From Chitinophagales bacterium (lineage in GTDB: Bacteria; Bacteroidota; Bacteroidia; Chitinophagales; LD1): a DNA stretch of 64,000 nt. The notes under the pieces are model-generated. The model had not been told where the DNA came from, did no database searches, and was given only the letters and a program-made list of their open reading frames with translations. A program made the position numbers and the translations under genes. Positions 10,367 through 20,902 of the stretch are shown one piece after another (position 1 is the stretch's first letter; each line of letters opens with the position of its first letter). The stretch spans positions 217,787-281,786 of the forward strand of contig JAXLUM010000005.1 in NCBI GenBank assembly GCA_046329515.1, given 5' to 3'.

Positions 10367-11218
10367 CTATCCTAACAGTTTCATACAGCCTTGCAGGCTT
10401 TCTCTCCAATACGGTATATGTATACCAAACGTCTCCTTTATCTTTTTCTTATTCAACACACTGTATTTTGGGCGAACAGCAGGTGTGGGATATTGGTAAG
10501 TTTCAATGGGGTTTATTTTTGTTTTCAATCCTGCTATGTCGCGTATAGCAACAGCAAAATCAAACCAGCTACACACGCCTTCATTGCTATAATTGTAAAC
10601 ACCGGGCTGCCACTTATCGCCTTGTATTATTTGCAGAATAACAGAAGCTAAATCGCGGGCGTAGGTAGGCGTGCCCACCTGGTCAAATATTATATTCAAT
10701 GATTCCCGCTCTTTGCACAAGCGCAAAATGGTTTTCACAAAGTTATTACCGAAGGAAGAATACACCCAGCTGGTGCGGAGGATAACAGCCTCCGCATTAT
10801 TAGCCAACAATTGCTTTTCTCCTTCCAATTTACTTGCCCCATAAACAGAAAGCGGATTAGGTGAATCGTCTTCCACTAACGGGCGCGCCAAGGTACCATC
10901 GAAAATAAAATCGGTGCTAACGTGCACCATTTTGCAATTGTATTTTTTGCAGGCCTTTGCTAATATTCCTACAGCTTCACCATTTATTTTATAGGCCAGG
11001 TCTTTTTCGCTTTCGGCCTTATCAACTGCTGTATAAGCAGCACAGTTAATTAAAACCTCAAAGCCTGATGAAACCGCCTTGTCAACCGCAGCGGCATCGG
11101 TAATATCCAAATCCTGATAATCGTAAAAAGTAAAGGAGTGTGATTCCAATAACGAGGACAGGAAATTAATTTCAGAGCCTAACTGACCGTGGGCACCGGT
11201 AACTAAAACTTTTTTCAT
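10367..11218 (-). CDS. rfbD: dTDP-4-dehydrorhamnose reductase
   Basis: VTGAHGQLG, NCAAYTAVDKAE, HVSTDFIFDG, YGASKLEGE, DQVGTPT. Confidence 0.95.
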   Translation of the reverse strand: MKKVLVTGAHGQLGSEINFLSSLLESHSFTFYDYQDLDITDAAAVDKAVSSGFEVLINCAAYTAVDKAESEKDLAYKINGEAVGILAKACKKYNCKMVHVSTDFIFDGTLARPLVEDDSPNPLSVYGASKLEGEKQLLANNAEAVILRTSWVYSSFGNNFVKTILRLCKERESLNIIFDQVGTPTYARDLASVILQIIQGDKWQPGVYNYSNEGVCSWFDFAVAIRDIAGLKTKINPIETYQYPTPAVRPKYSVLNKKKIKETFGIHIPYWRESLQGCMKLLG

Positions 11219-11775
11219 GGTTTAAATTCAAAATTATTGGCACAAGCTTTAAAGCCCGGCAACACTTTATCTTTATCGCTAACCAGGGCTTCTTCGGGCT
11301 TTATAATCCAGTCTATATTCAAATCGGCATCATTAAAAATTATGCCTCCTTCACTTTCCTTGCTGTAAAAGTTATCGCACTTATATTGAAAAATGCAGGT
11401 ATCGCTTAACACTGCAAAGCCGTGGGCAAACCCACGCGGTATATATAACTGCTTCTTGTTTTCGGCACTCAACCTAACCGCATAACTTTTACCAAAGGTG
11501 GGCGAGCCCTTGCGTATATCAACTGCCACATCCAACACTTCACCTTCTACTACACGCACTAACTTGGCCTGCGCCATTGGGTTAAGCTGGTAATGCAAGC
11601 CGCGCAACACACCATATGATGACCTTGATTCATTGTCCTGAACAAATTCATTTGTAATGCCCGCTTCGGCAAAAGTGTTTTTATTAAAACTTTCAAAAAA
11701 GTAGCCTCGCGCATCAGCAAACACACGTGGTTCAAACACTTTAAGGCCGGCTATTCCGGTTTCAATAAAAGGCAT
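11215..11775 (-). CDS. rfbC: dTDP-4-dehydrorhamnose 3,5-epimerase
   Basis: FADARGYFFESF, VQDNESRS, LRGLHYQ, GFAHGF, YKCDNFY. Confidence 0.95.
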   Translation of the reverse strand: MPFIETGIAGLKVFEPRVFADARGYFFESFNKNTFAEAGITNEFVQDNESRSSYGVLRGLHYQLNPMAQAKLVRVVEGEVLDVAVDIRKGSPTFGKSYAVRLSAENKKQLYIPRGFAHGFAVLSDTCIFQYKCDNFYSKESEGGIIFNDADLNIDWIIKPEEALVSDKDKVLPGFKACANNFEFKP

Positions 11776-11819
11776 GGTAAAATCAAATCTGGGTTAAACA
11801 ATTCTGAGGGTAATAATAA

Positions 11820-12581
11820 CTAAACTAAGGTTTTGTTTAAAAGCTTAGGGTCGGTGAGCAGTTTTTCAAGGTGTTTCAGCTTCAGGCATTCCCTAAGGCT
11901 GTCAAATTGCGTTACCTTATGCAAGTCGCTGCCGGCAAAGTTAACCATTTTTTCGTCAATCAATCTTTCGGCTACCTGTTTGGCCGGTTTTCCATACTTG
12001 CCGCTCAATGAACCTATATTAATCTGGAAGTAGACATTTCTATCTTTAAAAGAGTGGTAGGTCTTGAAATCGTTCTCATGATAATAAGGGTAGCGTTCAG
12101 GGTGGGCCAGCACCACGCGGTATTCCGCTAATTGCAGTTTATAGATTATATCCAGCACTACATTCTGCTTCTGTAAATACGAAAACTCAATCAACACATA
12201 GTTTCTGCCAAAGGTCAGCAGGTCGCGCTTTTCAATTTTCTCAAACATCGAGTTATCTGCATAGTATTCTGCAATGGCATCAAACTCTATATCTATACCC
12301 TGTTTGGCTATCTGTTCACGAACGGCATCGCGGCCTTTTAATATCTTCTCTGTAGAGTTATTATAACCGTCGGCCACAACATGCGGTGAGGTATAAATTT
12401 TTTTAAACCCCAGGGCTTTAAACTGCCGCAACATCTCCAGCGTAGTTTCCATATCGGGGCTACCATCATCAATTGCCGGTATAAGGTGCGAATGAATATC
12501 CGCAGCCATCAGGCTATAATCTTCCAGGGCGGAATTCTCTTCCTTCTTTCCACCAAATAGCTGCAGTAGTTTATTAAACAC
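11820..12581 (-). CDS. CpsB/CapC-family PHP tyrosine-protein phosphatase
   Basis: DIHSHLIPAIDDGS, TSPH, LAHPERYPY, GSDLH. GTG start. Confidence 0.88.
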   Translation of the reverse strand: MFNKLLQLFGGKKEENSALEDYSLMAADIHSHLIPAIDDGSPDMETTLEMLRQFKALGFKKIYTSPHVVADGYNNSTEKILKGRDAVREQIAKQGIDIEFDAIAEYYADNSMFEKIEKRDLLTFGRNYVLIEFSYLQKQNVVLDIIYKLQLAEYRVVLAHPERYPYYHENDFKTYHSFKDRNVYFQINIGSLSGKYGKPAKQVAERLIDEKMVNFAGSDLHKVTQFDSLRECLKLKHLEKLLTDPKLLNKTLV

Positions 12582-12635
12582 AAGTTGAATTTAAGGCTAA
12601 GATAGCCTCATTTTGCCCGTTGCCAAGTAAAGGCG

Positions 12636-13628
12636 CTAATTGCTGTATATACCCTTGAAATAATCAACGGTAATAGCCAAGCCTTTAGCAAAGTTAAATT
12701 CAGGCTTATAACCCAGCACGGTTTGTGCTTTTGAAATATCAGCTAAGGAGTTGCGAATATCCCCCGCACGCGTTGCGCGGTAAGTAGCCTTATGGTCGCT
12801 GCCCAGTAATTTCTGAATATCGGTATACAAGCGGTTAACTGAGAAATTCTCACCCACAGCTATATTAAATACCTGCCCGCTGGCTTCTTTATTATCCGTA
12901 AGCATAGCACGCACATTGGCCTGCACTGCATTTTCTACAAAAGTAAAATCGCGGGTTTGTTCACCATCTCCGTCAATAAACACTTCCCCGCGCTCCATTA
13001 TTTTAGAAACAAACAAGGGAATTACCGCCGCATACATACCGTTAGGGTCCTGCTTGGGGCCAAATATGTTGAAGTAGCGCATGCCGATAATGTTCATACC
13101 GTAAACGGTTTGAAACACTGAGGCGTACAACTCATTGGTGTATTTGCTTACTGCATAGGGCGAAAGCTGACGACCAATGCGCGCCTCTACTTTAGGCAAA
13201 GAGGCTTCATCACCATAAACCGAAGAAGATGATGCATAGACGAAATTCTTAACCTTTGCTTCATTAGCTGCGCTAAGCATGTTTACAAAACCGCCAACGT
13301 TAACATCGTTAGTATTCCACGGCTCTTTAATAGAACGCGGCACAGAACCTAAAGCCGCCTGGTGCGACACAAAATCAATCCCTTCGCAGGCTTTGCGGCA
13401 ATCAGCCAGGTTACGGATATCGCCATTCAAAAATTCAAAAGCAGCATTGCCTTTAAATTCATCAAGGTTTTGCGCCCTACCTGTAGCCAGGTTATCAAAT
13501 ACGCGCACCTTCTTTGCCCCGTATTTCAATAAATACTCCACAATGTTAGAACCGATAAAGCCTGCGCCACCGGTAACCAAAAAACTGTATTGTGAAAGAT
13601 CTTTATCGTGATATTTAATATCAAACAT
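12636..13628 (-). CDS. NAD-dependent epimerase (WbpP-like UDP-GlcNAc 4-epimerase)
   Basis: TGGAGFIGS, HQAALGSVPRS, SPYAVSK, RYFNIFGP. Start MFDIK overlaps the rfbB stop (TAATG). Confidence 0.88.
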   Translation of the reverse strand: MFDIKYHDKDLSQYSFLVTGGAGFIGSNIVEYLLKYGAKKVRVFDNLATGRAQNLDEFKGNAAFEFLNGDIRNLADCRKACEGIDFVSHQAALGSVPRSIKEPWNTNDVNVGGFVNMLSAANEAKVKNFVYASSSSVYGDEASLPKVEARIGRQLSPYAVSKYTNELYASVFQTVYGMNIIGMRYFNIFGPKQDPNGMYAAVIPLFVSKIMERGEVFIDGDGEQTRDFTFVENAVQANVRAMLTDNKEASGQVFNIAVGENFSVNRLYTDIQKLLGSDHKATYRATRAGDIRNSLADISKAQTVLGYKPEFNFAKGLAITVDYFKGIYSN

Positions 13629-14695
13629 TAGCGCGCACTGTATTGTTGTTCGTAATAGTTTTTGTAAGCACCGCTGGTTACATGGTTCAGCCATTCTTCA
13701 TTTGCCAAATACCAGTCAACGGTTTTTTCAAGGCCTTCTTCAAAAGTAACCGAAGGCTTCCAGCCCAGCTTTTCATTAAGCTTGGTGGCATCAATAGCAT
13801 AACGGCGGTCGTGGCCGGGGCGGTCCTTTACATAGGTTATCAACTTTTCTGATGTACCTTCTTCCCTACCCAGTTTTTTATCCATCACCTTACACATCAG
13901 CTTTATCAGCTCAATGTTTTGCCATTCATTCCAACCACCTATGTTGTAAGTTTCACCAAGTTCGCCTTTATGCAAAATAGTATCAATTGCACGCGCATGG
14001 TCAACTACCCACAACCAATCGCGGGTGTATTTACCATCGCCATAAACCGGTAGCGGCTTGTTGTTGCGTATGTTGTTGATAAAAAGTGGCAACAACTTTT
14101 CAGGAAACTGGTGTGAGCCATAGTTGTTACTGCAATTTGATATTACTACAGGCAGGTTGTAGGTATTAAAGTAAGCACGCACAAAATGATCGCTGCTTGC
14201 TTTAGAGGCACTGTAAGGAGACTGTGGGTCATAAGGGGTAGTTTCTAAAAAGAACCCTTCATCACCCAAAGAGCCATATACTTCATCAGTTGAAACATGG
14301 TAGAAAATGCGGTCCTTACGCAAAGGCTTGTCCTTAGTGCACTCCCATACCTTTTTGGCAGCGTTAAGCAGATTAACAGTGCCTATTACGTTAGTAGTAA
14401 CAAACTCTAATGGATTAGAGATGGAACGGTCCACATGACTTTCAGCAGCTAAATGCACTACTGCTAAAAACTTATGCTCTTCAAACAGATTGTTGATGAA
14501 GGCTTGATCGGTAATATCGCCTTTTACAAACTTGTAGTTGGGTTTACCTTCAACATCTTTCAGGTTTTCCAGGTTACCGGCATAAGTCAGCTTATCCAGG
14601 TTATATACTTCATAATCGGGATAGTTATTTACAAACAGCCGCACTACATGCGAACCGATAAAACCTGCACCACCTGTTACTAATATCTTTTTCAT
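13628..14695 (-). CDS. rfbB: dTDP-glucose 4,6-dehydratase
   Basis: DKLTYAGN, HLAAESHVDRSI, HVSTDEVYG, SPYSASKA, DRPGHDRRYAID. Confidence 0.96.
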   Translation of the reverse strand: MKKILVTGGAGFIGSHVVRLFVNNYPDYEVYNLDKLTYAGNLENLKDVEGKPNYKFVKGDITDQAFINNLFEEHKFLAVVHLAAESHVDRSISNPLEFVTTNVIGTVNLLNAAKKVWECTKDKPLRKDRIFYHVSTDEVYGSLGDEGFFLETTPYDPQSPYSASKASSDHFVRAYFNTYNLPVVISNCSNNYGSHQFPEKLLPLFINNIRNNKPLPVYGDGKYTRDWLWVVDHARAIDTILHKGELGETYNIGGWNEWQNIELIKLMCKVMDKKLGREEGTSEKLITYVKDRPGHDRRYAIDATKLNEKLGWKPSVTFEEGLEKTVDWYLANEEWLNHVTSGAYKNYYEQQYSAR

Positions 14696-14703
14696 GCTTC
14701 AAT

Positions 14704-15993
14704 TTACAGACTCCAATACGAGAAAGCCTTTATTTTATTTCGTAAATCACCTTTAACGTCAACTATAATACCATCCTTTTTCAATATTTTTTGGAAGAAG
14801 GCATCATCCAATGTGCTGAATTGGTCGTGGTTTACAGCCACAATTACCGCATCATAATCTTTACCGTACTCCTTATTCAGGTGTATACCGTATTCCTCAT
14901 GAAATTCTTCGGCATCAGCGTAAGGGTCGGTAACTTCTGTTTTTACTGAGTATCTCTTCAATTCCTGAATTACATCTACCACTTTGCTGTTACGTATATC
15001 GCTTACGTTCTCTTTAAAGGTAGCACCCATTACTAAAATACGGGTAGCATCAATTTGCTTGTGCAACTTAATCAACTCCTGTACCAGCTTACGGGCCACA
15101 TGCGCACCCATATCATCATTAATGCGGCGGCCCGCTAAAATTACTTCAGGGTTGTAACCTAATTCCAATGATTTGTAAGTAAGGTAGTATGGGTCCACAC
15201 CAATACAGTGGCCGCCCACTAAACCCGGGAAGAACTTCAGGAAGTTCCATTTGGTGCCGGCAGCTTCCAATACTTCATAAGTGTTTATACCCATTAAGTC
15301 GAAAATGCGGCTTAACTCGTTCATCAACGCAATGTTCAAGTCGCGCTGGGTATTTTCAATAATCTTGGCAGCTTCAGCTACTTTAATTGAAGATGCACGG
15401 TGCGTACCGGCAGTAACTATTATTTCATAAGTGCGCGCAATAACATCCAACGATTCTGCATCGCAACCTGAAACTACCTTCTTGATTTTAGTAATCGTAT
15501 GTTCCTTATCGCCGGGGTTAATACGCTCAGGGCTGTAACCCAATTTAAAGTCAACACCCATTTTAAGGCCGCTTAACTGCTCCATTACGGGTAGACAATC
15601 TTCCTCAGTACAACCGGGGTAAACAGTAGATTCAAACACTACATAATCACCCTTCTTCAACACTTTACCAATTGTAGTAGAAGCGCTTACTACCGGTTTT
15701 AAATCGGGCACATTGTGCTTATCTACCGGCGTTGGAACCGCCACTATAAAGAAGTTTGCATCCTTTAAGTCATCAATGTTTGCCGTGAAGTGTATATCTG
15801 TTCCTTCAAAGTCTTTCGCTTCCAATTCATTGCTCGGGTCAATGTTATTGCGCATCATATCAACCCTTTTTTGGTTGATATCAAAACCTATTACAGAAAT
15901 TTTACGGGCAAATTCTAACGCAATAGGCAGCCCCACGTAACCCAAACCTATTACTGCTAATTTCTTCTTCTTGCTTAATAATTCTTCAACCAT
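14704..15993 (-). CDS. Nucleotide-sugar dehydrogenase (UDP-GlcNAc/GalNAc 6-dehydrogenase, WbpA/TviB-like)
   Basis: GLGYVGLP, ESTVYPG, YSPERINPG, ENTQRDLNIA, GLVGGHCIGVDPYYL. Confidence 0.9.
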   Translation of the reverse strand: MVEELLSKKKKLAVIGLGYVGLPIALEFARKISVIGFDINQKRVDMMRNNIDPSNELEAKDFEGTDIHFTANIDDLKDANFFIVAVPTPVDKHNVPDLKPVVSASTTIGKVLKKGDYVVFESTVYPGCTEEDCLPVMEQLSGLKMGVDFKLGYSPERINPGDKEHTITKIKKVVSGCDAESLDVIARTYEIIVTAGTHRASSIKVAEAAKIIENTQRDLNIALMNELSRIFDLMGINTYEVLEAAGTKWNFLKFFPGLVGGHCIGVDPYYLTYKSLELGYNPEVILAGRRINDDMGAHVARKLVQELIKLHKQIDATRILVMGATFKENVSDIRNSKVVDVIQELKRYSVKTEVTDPYADAEEFHEEYGIHLNKEYGKDYDAVIVAVNHDQFSTLDDAFFQKILKKDGIIVDVKGDLRNKIKAFSYWSL

Positions 15994-15994
15994 A

Positions 15995-16576
15995 TTATTT
16001 AACTTTTGAAACCTTACCGTCTTTTAATTGATATTTTTCTTTACTCTCAGGGCACTCAGCCATGCCTTCTTTATCAAAGCTTAACCTGTGTCCGTATTCA
16101 CTCATCCAACCCAATTGCTTAGCCGGGTTACCTACTAATAATGCATAAGCAGGAACGTTTTTAGTAACCACTGCCCCGGCGCCAATAAAGGCAAACTCGC
16201 CAATATCATGCCCGCAAACTATAGTAGCATTAGCACCAATGGAAGCGCCGCGCTTTACTGTAGTTTTTGAATACTGCCCCCTACGGTTTACTGCACTGCG
16301 CGGATTAGTTACATTGGTAAATACCATTGAAGGCCCCAGGAACACATCATCCTCGCAAACCACGCCTGTGTATATAGATACGTTGTTCTGTATCTTAACA
16401 TTATTACCCAATACCACATCAGGGCTAACCACTACGTTTTGACCAATGTTACAGTTTTCGCCAATAGTGCAATTGGGCATTACATGGCTGAAGTGCCAAA
16501 TTTTAGTGCCCTTACCAATTTTGCAGCCTTCATCTACATAGGCGCTTTCATGCACGAAATACTCTTTGTTTTCCAT
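15995..16576 (-). CDS. Hexapeptide-repeat N-acetyltransferase (WbpD/WlbB-like)
   Basis: IWHFSHV, IGQNV, KIQNNVSIY, GPSMVFTNVTNPRS, GNPAKQLGW. Confidence 0.88.
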   Translation of the reverse strand: MENKEYFVHESAYVDEGCKIGKGTKIWHFSHVMPNCTIGENCNIGQNVVVSPDVVLGNNVKIQNNVSIYTGVVCEDDVFLGPSMVFTNVTNPRSAVNRRGQYSKTTVKRGASIGANATIVCGHDIGEFAFIGAGAVVTKNVPAYALLVGNPAKQLGWMSEYGHRLSFDKEGMAECPESKEKYQLKDGKVSKVK

Positions 16577-17544
16577 TACGCAAACCTATGTTTAGATTGA
16601 TATAATTCTTCTTTCGATAAACCTTTAAAGTAATCGTACGTAATCTTCAACCCTTCGGCGCGGTTAACCTTCGGCTCCCAGCCTAAAATGGCTTTGGCAC
16701 GTGTAATATCCGGTTGACGTTGCTTAGGGTCATCTACCGGCAATGGCTTATAGATAACTTTTTGCGTGGTGCCTGTAAGTTTTATTATTTCTTCTGCAAA
16801 CTGGCTGATGGTAATTTCCGATGGGTTACCCACGTTAACCGGCTGATGATAGTCAGATAACAATAAGCGGTAAATACCTTCTACCAAATCATCTACATAG
16901 CAGAAAGAGCGCGTTTGGCTGCCATCACCAAAAACGGTAAGGTCTTCGCCGCGCAGGGCCTGGCCTATAAAGGCAGGCAACACACGCCCATCATTCAAAC
17001 GCATGCGCGGGCCATATGTATTAAATATTCTTACAATTTTTGTATCAACACCGTGAAAGGTGTGGTAAGCCATGGTTATCGCTTCCTGAAAGCGTTTGGC
17101 TTCATCATAAACGCCGCGGGGGCCAACAGGGTTTACATTTCCCCAGTAATCTTCATTTTGTGGGTGCACCTGCGGGTCACCGTAAACCTCGCTGGTAGAG
17201 GCCACCAGTATGCAGGCTTTTTTTGCCTTGGCCAAACCCAGCAAATTGTGCGTGCCTAAAGAACCTACCTTAAGTGTTTGTATAGGTATTTTTAAATAAT
17301 CAATAGGCGATGCCGGCGAGGCGAAGTGCAATATGTAATCAAGATGGCCGGGCACATGCACAAACTTGGAAACATCATGATGGTAAAACTCGAAATGTTC
17401 CAGTTTAAACAGATGCTCAATATTCTTAAGGTCGCCGGTAATAAGGTTATCCATACCAATTACATGGTATCCTTCCTTTATGAACCGGTCACAAAGGTGA
17501 GAACCTAAAAAGCCCGCAGCGCCTGTTATTAATACTCGTTTCAT
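16576..17544 (-). CDS. UDP-glucuronic acid decarboxylase (UDP-xylose synthase family)
   Basis: [55 protein letters not shown]. Confidence 0.93.
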   Translation of the reverse strand: MKRVLITGAAGFLGSHLCDRFIKEGYHVIGMDNLITGDLKNIEHLFKLEHFEFYHHDVSKFVHVPGHLDYILHFASPASPIDYLKIPIQTLKVGSLGTHNLLGLAKAKKACILVASTSEVYGDPQVHPQNEDYWGNVNPVGPRGVYDEAKRFQEAITMAYHTFHGVDTKIVRIFNTYGPRMRLNDGRVLPAFIGQALRGEDLTVFGDGSQTRSFCYVDDLVEGIYRLLLSDYHQPVNVGNPSEITISQFAEEIIKLTGTTQKVIYKPLPVDDPKQRQPDITRAKAILGWEPKVNRAEGLKITYDYFKGLSKEELYQSKHRFA

Positions 17545-18851
17545 TTTGCTGTTTCTCTGCCAATGCTATAATACGTAAAGCCAAGCTTTTTCAAATGCTC
17601 AACACTATAAAGGTTTCTGCCGTCAAAAATCAATTTATTCTTAAGGCTGGCGGCTATTCGGTCAAAATCGGGCGAGCGGAACTCATTCCACTCCGTTACA
17701 ATTACCAGGAAATCGGCACCGCTTAGTGCATCATATTCATCAGTTGCAAAGTATACCTTCTCCCCAAACTGCTTCTGCACATTCTTCATAGCTTCTGGGT
17801 CGTAAGCACGTACTTTGGCCCCTGCGGCCAATAACTGCTCAATAATGTATAAAGCAGGCGCCTCGCGTATATCGTCGGTATTAGGCTTAAAAGCCAGGCC
17901 CCATAGGGCTATTGTTTTGCCTTTTAGCTCGCCTTTAAAGTGGTCTGAAATCTTATTAAAGAAGTTTTCGCGCTGCAATTTGTTTACGCGCATTACTGAA
18001 TCAAGTATAGTAAAGTCATACTTGTTCTGTTGTGATGTATGGTAAAGCGCCTGCACATCCTTAGGGAAACAACTGCCGCCATAACCAACGCCGGCAAAAA
18101 GAAAGCGTTTTCCAATTCGGGTATCGGTTCCTATGCCTTTGCGCACATTATCTACATCTGCACCAACCAATTCGCACAGGTTAGCTATTTCGTTCATAAA
18201 CGAAATTTTAGTGGCCAAAAAGGCATTAGCCGCATACTTGGTCAATTCCGAGCTGCGCTCATCCATAAAAATGATAGGATTGCCCTGGCGCACAAAAGGC
18301 TCATACAACTCTTCCATTATTTGCGCCGCTTCTTCCGAACGGGTTCCCACCACCACTCTTTCAGGCTTCATAAAATCTTCTACAGCCACACCCTCTTTCA
18401 AAAACTCAGGGTTAGATACCACATCAAATTTTACTTTGGCATTTTTTGAAACCACGTCACGTACCTTATCGGCCGTACCAACCGGTACCGTGCTTTTATT
18501 TACAATAACCGCATAGCGGTCAAGTAACTTCCCTAAATCATCTGCCACCTGCAGCACATACTTTAAATCTGCGCTGCCATCTTCGCCCGGGGGCGTTGGC
18601 AAGGCAAGAAAAATCACCTTCGCCTCTTTTATTCCCTCTGCCAATGAAGTAGTAAACTTTAAACGGCCCTGCTTCAGGTTGCGTTCAAACAACACATCAA
18701 GGTCAGGTTCATATATAGGCATTACGCCGTTTTTCAACTGCTCTACCTTATTGGCATCTATATCAATACAGGTAACTACATTACCCGTTTCGGCAAAGCA
18801 GGTTCCTGTAACCAGGCCCACGTATCCGGTACCTACAACGGCAATTTTCAT
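17541..18851 (-). CDS. ugd: UDP-glucose 6-dehydrogenase
   Basis: [54 protein letters not shown]. Confidence 0.94.
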   Translation of the reverse strand: MKIAVVGTGYVGLVTGTCFAETGNVVTCIDIDANKVEQLKNGVMPIYEPDLDVLFERNLKQGRLKFTTSLAEGIKEAKVIFLALPTPPGEDGSADLKYVLQVADDLGKLLDRYAVIVNKSTVPVGTADKVRDVVSKNAKVKFDVVSNPEFLKEGVAVEDFMKPERVVVGTRSEEAAQIMEELYEPFVRQGNPIIFMDERSSELTKYAANAFLATKISFMNEIANLCELVGADVDNVRKGIGTDTRIGKRFLFAGVGYGGSCFPKDVQALYHTSQQNKYDFTILDSVMRVNKLQRENFFNKISDHFKGELKGKTIALWGLAFKPNTDDIREAPALYIIEQLLAAGAKVRAYDPEAMKNVQKQFGEKVYFATDEYDALSGADFLVIVTEWNEFRSPDFDRIAASLKNKLIFDGRNLYSVEHLKKLGFTYYSIGRETAK

Positions 18852-19984
18852 TTCACTAATTCTTTAAAACTATCGGCAATAAATTTCAGTTCCTGCTCGT
18901 GGAACTCAGTGTGTATAGGTAGTGATAATACGCTTTTACAAAGTTGCTCCGTTACCGGAAACATACCTTCCTTATAGCGCTCATCGGTATATGCCTTTTG
19001 CATATGCAAAGGAATAGGATAATACACCATAGAAGGAATTCCCTTTTCGGCCAACTGCTTTCTTACCTCGTCGCGGTCCACATTTTTCAGTTTCATAGTA
19101 TACTGGTGGAACACATGCGTGCTTGGTTTGTAACGAACCGGCGTTTGCACATTGGTTAAACCGGCAAAAGCGGCATCATAGTAATCGGCCACTTTGCGGC
19201 GGCGTTCGGCATAGTCGTCAAGGTATTTCAGCTTCACATCTAATATAGCTGCCTGTATGCTGTCTAAACGGCTGTTTACGCCTATTTCATCGTGCTGGTA
19301 TAAAACGCTTTGGCCGTGGTTAGCTATCATACGTATGCGCTTGGCCAGGGCCTCATCATTAGTATATAACGCGCCACCATCGCCATAGCAACCCAAATTT
19401 TTGCTGGGGAAGAACGAAGTGCTGCCTATAGTGCCAATAGTACCCGCCTTAACGGTTGTTCCGTTTTTATAGGTAAAATCAGCCCCTATGGCCTGGGCGT
19501 TATCTTCAATTACATGCAGGTTGTGCCTGTTGGCTATATCCATTATGGCCTCCATATCGGCACATTGGCCGAACAAATGCACCGGCACAATAGCCTTGGT
19601 GCGGGGCGTAATGGCTTTTTCAATAGCGGCAGGGTCAATGGTAAAGGTATCGGGGTTAACGTCAACCAATACAGGCTTTAATTTTAGCAGGGCAATAACT
19701 TCGGCAGTAGCTACATAAGTAAAGGAAGCTGTAATTACTTCATCACCCGGCTGGTAACCCAACGCCATCATCGCAATTTGCAGTGCATCCGTTCCGTTAG
19801 CGCAGCTTATAACCTGCTTGCAACCAAGGTAGGCAGCAAGGTGGTCTTCAAATGCTTTAACCTGTGGGCCCTTAATAAACTGGGTAGCATTAATTACATC
19901 GGCAATTGCCTTATCTATTTCCGGCTTAATACGTTGGTATTGGGCCGAAAGGTCGACCATTTTTATTTCGGGCACGGTTATCAT
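18848..19984 (-). CDS. DegT/DnrJ/EryC1/StrS aminotransferase (WbpE-like)
   Basis: CANGTDAL, PVHLFGQ, EDNAQAIG, SFFPSKNLGCYGDGG, NSRLDSIQA. Confidence 0.92.
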   Translation of the reverse strand: MITVPEIKMVDLSAQYQRIKPEIDKAIADVINATQFIKGPQVKAFEDHLAAYLGCKQVISCANGTDALQIAMMALGYQPGDEVITASFTYVATAEVIALLKLKPVLVDVNPDTFTIDPAAIEKAITPRTKAIVPVHLFGQCADMEAIMDIANRHNLHVIEDNAQAIGADFTYKNGTTVKAGTIGTIGSTSFFPSKNLGCYGDGGALYTNDEALAKRIRMIANHGQSVLYQHDEIGVNSRLDSIQAAILDVKLKYLDDYAERRRKVADYYDAAFAGLTNVQTPVRYKPSTHVFHQYTMKLKNVDRDEVRKQLAEKGIPSMVYYPIPLHMQKAYTDERYKEGMFPVTEQLCKSVLSLPIHTEFHEQELKFIADSFKELVK

Positions 19985-20005
19985 TTTTTGGGCGAGCGAA
20001 TGTAA

Positions 20006-20013
20006 TAATTTTG
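20006..20013 (+). promoter_or_regulatory. Bacteroidota -7 promoter box (TAATTTTG)
   Basis: Exact TAnnTTTG in the divergent gap. A variant TACATTCG lies on the minus strand at 19997-20004, facing the sugar operon. No well-spaced -33 TTTG was found. Confidence 0.45.
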
Positions 20014-20082
20014 CGTTGTTGCAGTTATGGAAGCCTAAGCTTAATAATATGCTATTCTAAACGTAAATTGCGGCGCAAATCA

Positions 20083-20877
20083 ATGAAATTGAACTTTATA
20101 AACAAATCATCATATCTTTTTCTTTTAGTGCTTCTCAGCCTCACGGTTTTCGGGCAGGAGCAGGAATTACCCAAAACCAGGCCGCAAAGCAAGTTTGAAC
20201 CTAACGATGCGCTGATAATTGCCCCCTCCTACACGGCACAGTTTCCTTTTGGTAACATGGCCGACCGCTTTGGCTTTAATAACCAGGTTAGCCTTAACCT
20301 TATGTACAAAATGAAGAAGAACTGGCTGGTGGGTATAGAAGGTGGATTTATGTTTGGCGACCAGCTTAGAGAGAACTACATAATTGACAAAATAACTACC
20401 TCTACCGGGCACCTTATAGGCACTAATAACGACCTCATACGTGTTCGCCCCCAAATGCAGGGTTTTACCATTAAGGCAGAATTTGGCAAAATCATTCCGT
20501 TTTCACCTCAGTACCCTGATGCGGGCCTACTGTTTATTACCGGCTTTGGTATGCTGCAACACAAAATTTGGCTTAACGTGCGCGAAACCAGCGTACCCCA
20601 ATTAAGCAAAATCTACCGCAAAGGGTACGACCGTATGTGCAACGGCCCGGTTATATCGCAGTTTGTGGGGGGCACCTTTATGGCGCGCCGTAAGTACTAC
20701 AGCTTTTACGCCGGTTTACAGTTTGATGTAGCCTTTACCAAGGACCGCCGCAACTTTGATTTTTACGAACAGCGTAAACTAACTGAAAACCGCGTTGATA
20801 TGTTCCTGGGCTTAAAAGTGGGTTGGATACTACCCATTTTCTTACAAGCTAACGAGAAGGAGTATTATTACTACTAA
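20083..20877 (+). CDS. Secreted hypothetical protein, probable outer-membrane beta-barrel
   Basis: Signal peptide (MKLNF...TVFG-Q), alternating amphipathic strands, Tyr-rich C-terminus (EYYYY). Start moved from the ORF-track 20011 to 20083. Confidence 0.7.
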   Translation: MKLNFINKSSYLFLLVLLSLTVFGQEQELPKTRPQSKFEPNDALIIAPSYTAQFPFGNMADRFGFNNQVSLNLMYKMKKNWLVGIEGGFMFGDQLRENYIIDKITTSTGHLIGTNNDLIRVRPQMQGFTIKAEFGKIIPFSPQYPDAGLLFITGFGMLQHKIWLNVRETSVPQLSKIYRKGYDRMCNGPVISQFVGGTFMARRKYYSFYAGLQFDVAFTKDRRNFDFYEQRKLTENRVDMFLGLKVGWILPIFLQANEKEYYYY

Positions 20878-20902
20878 GCACTTACTAAACCAAAACCTTG
20901 CC

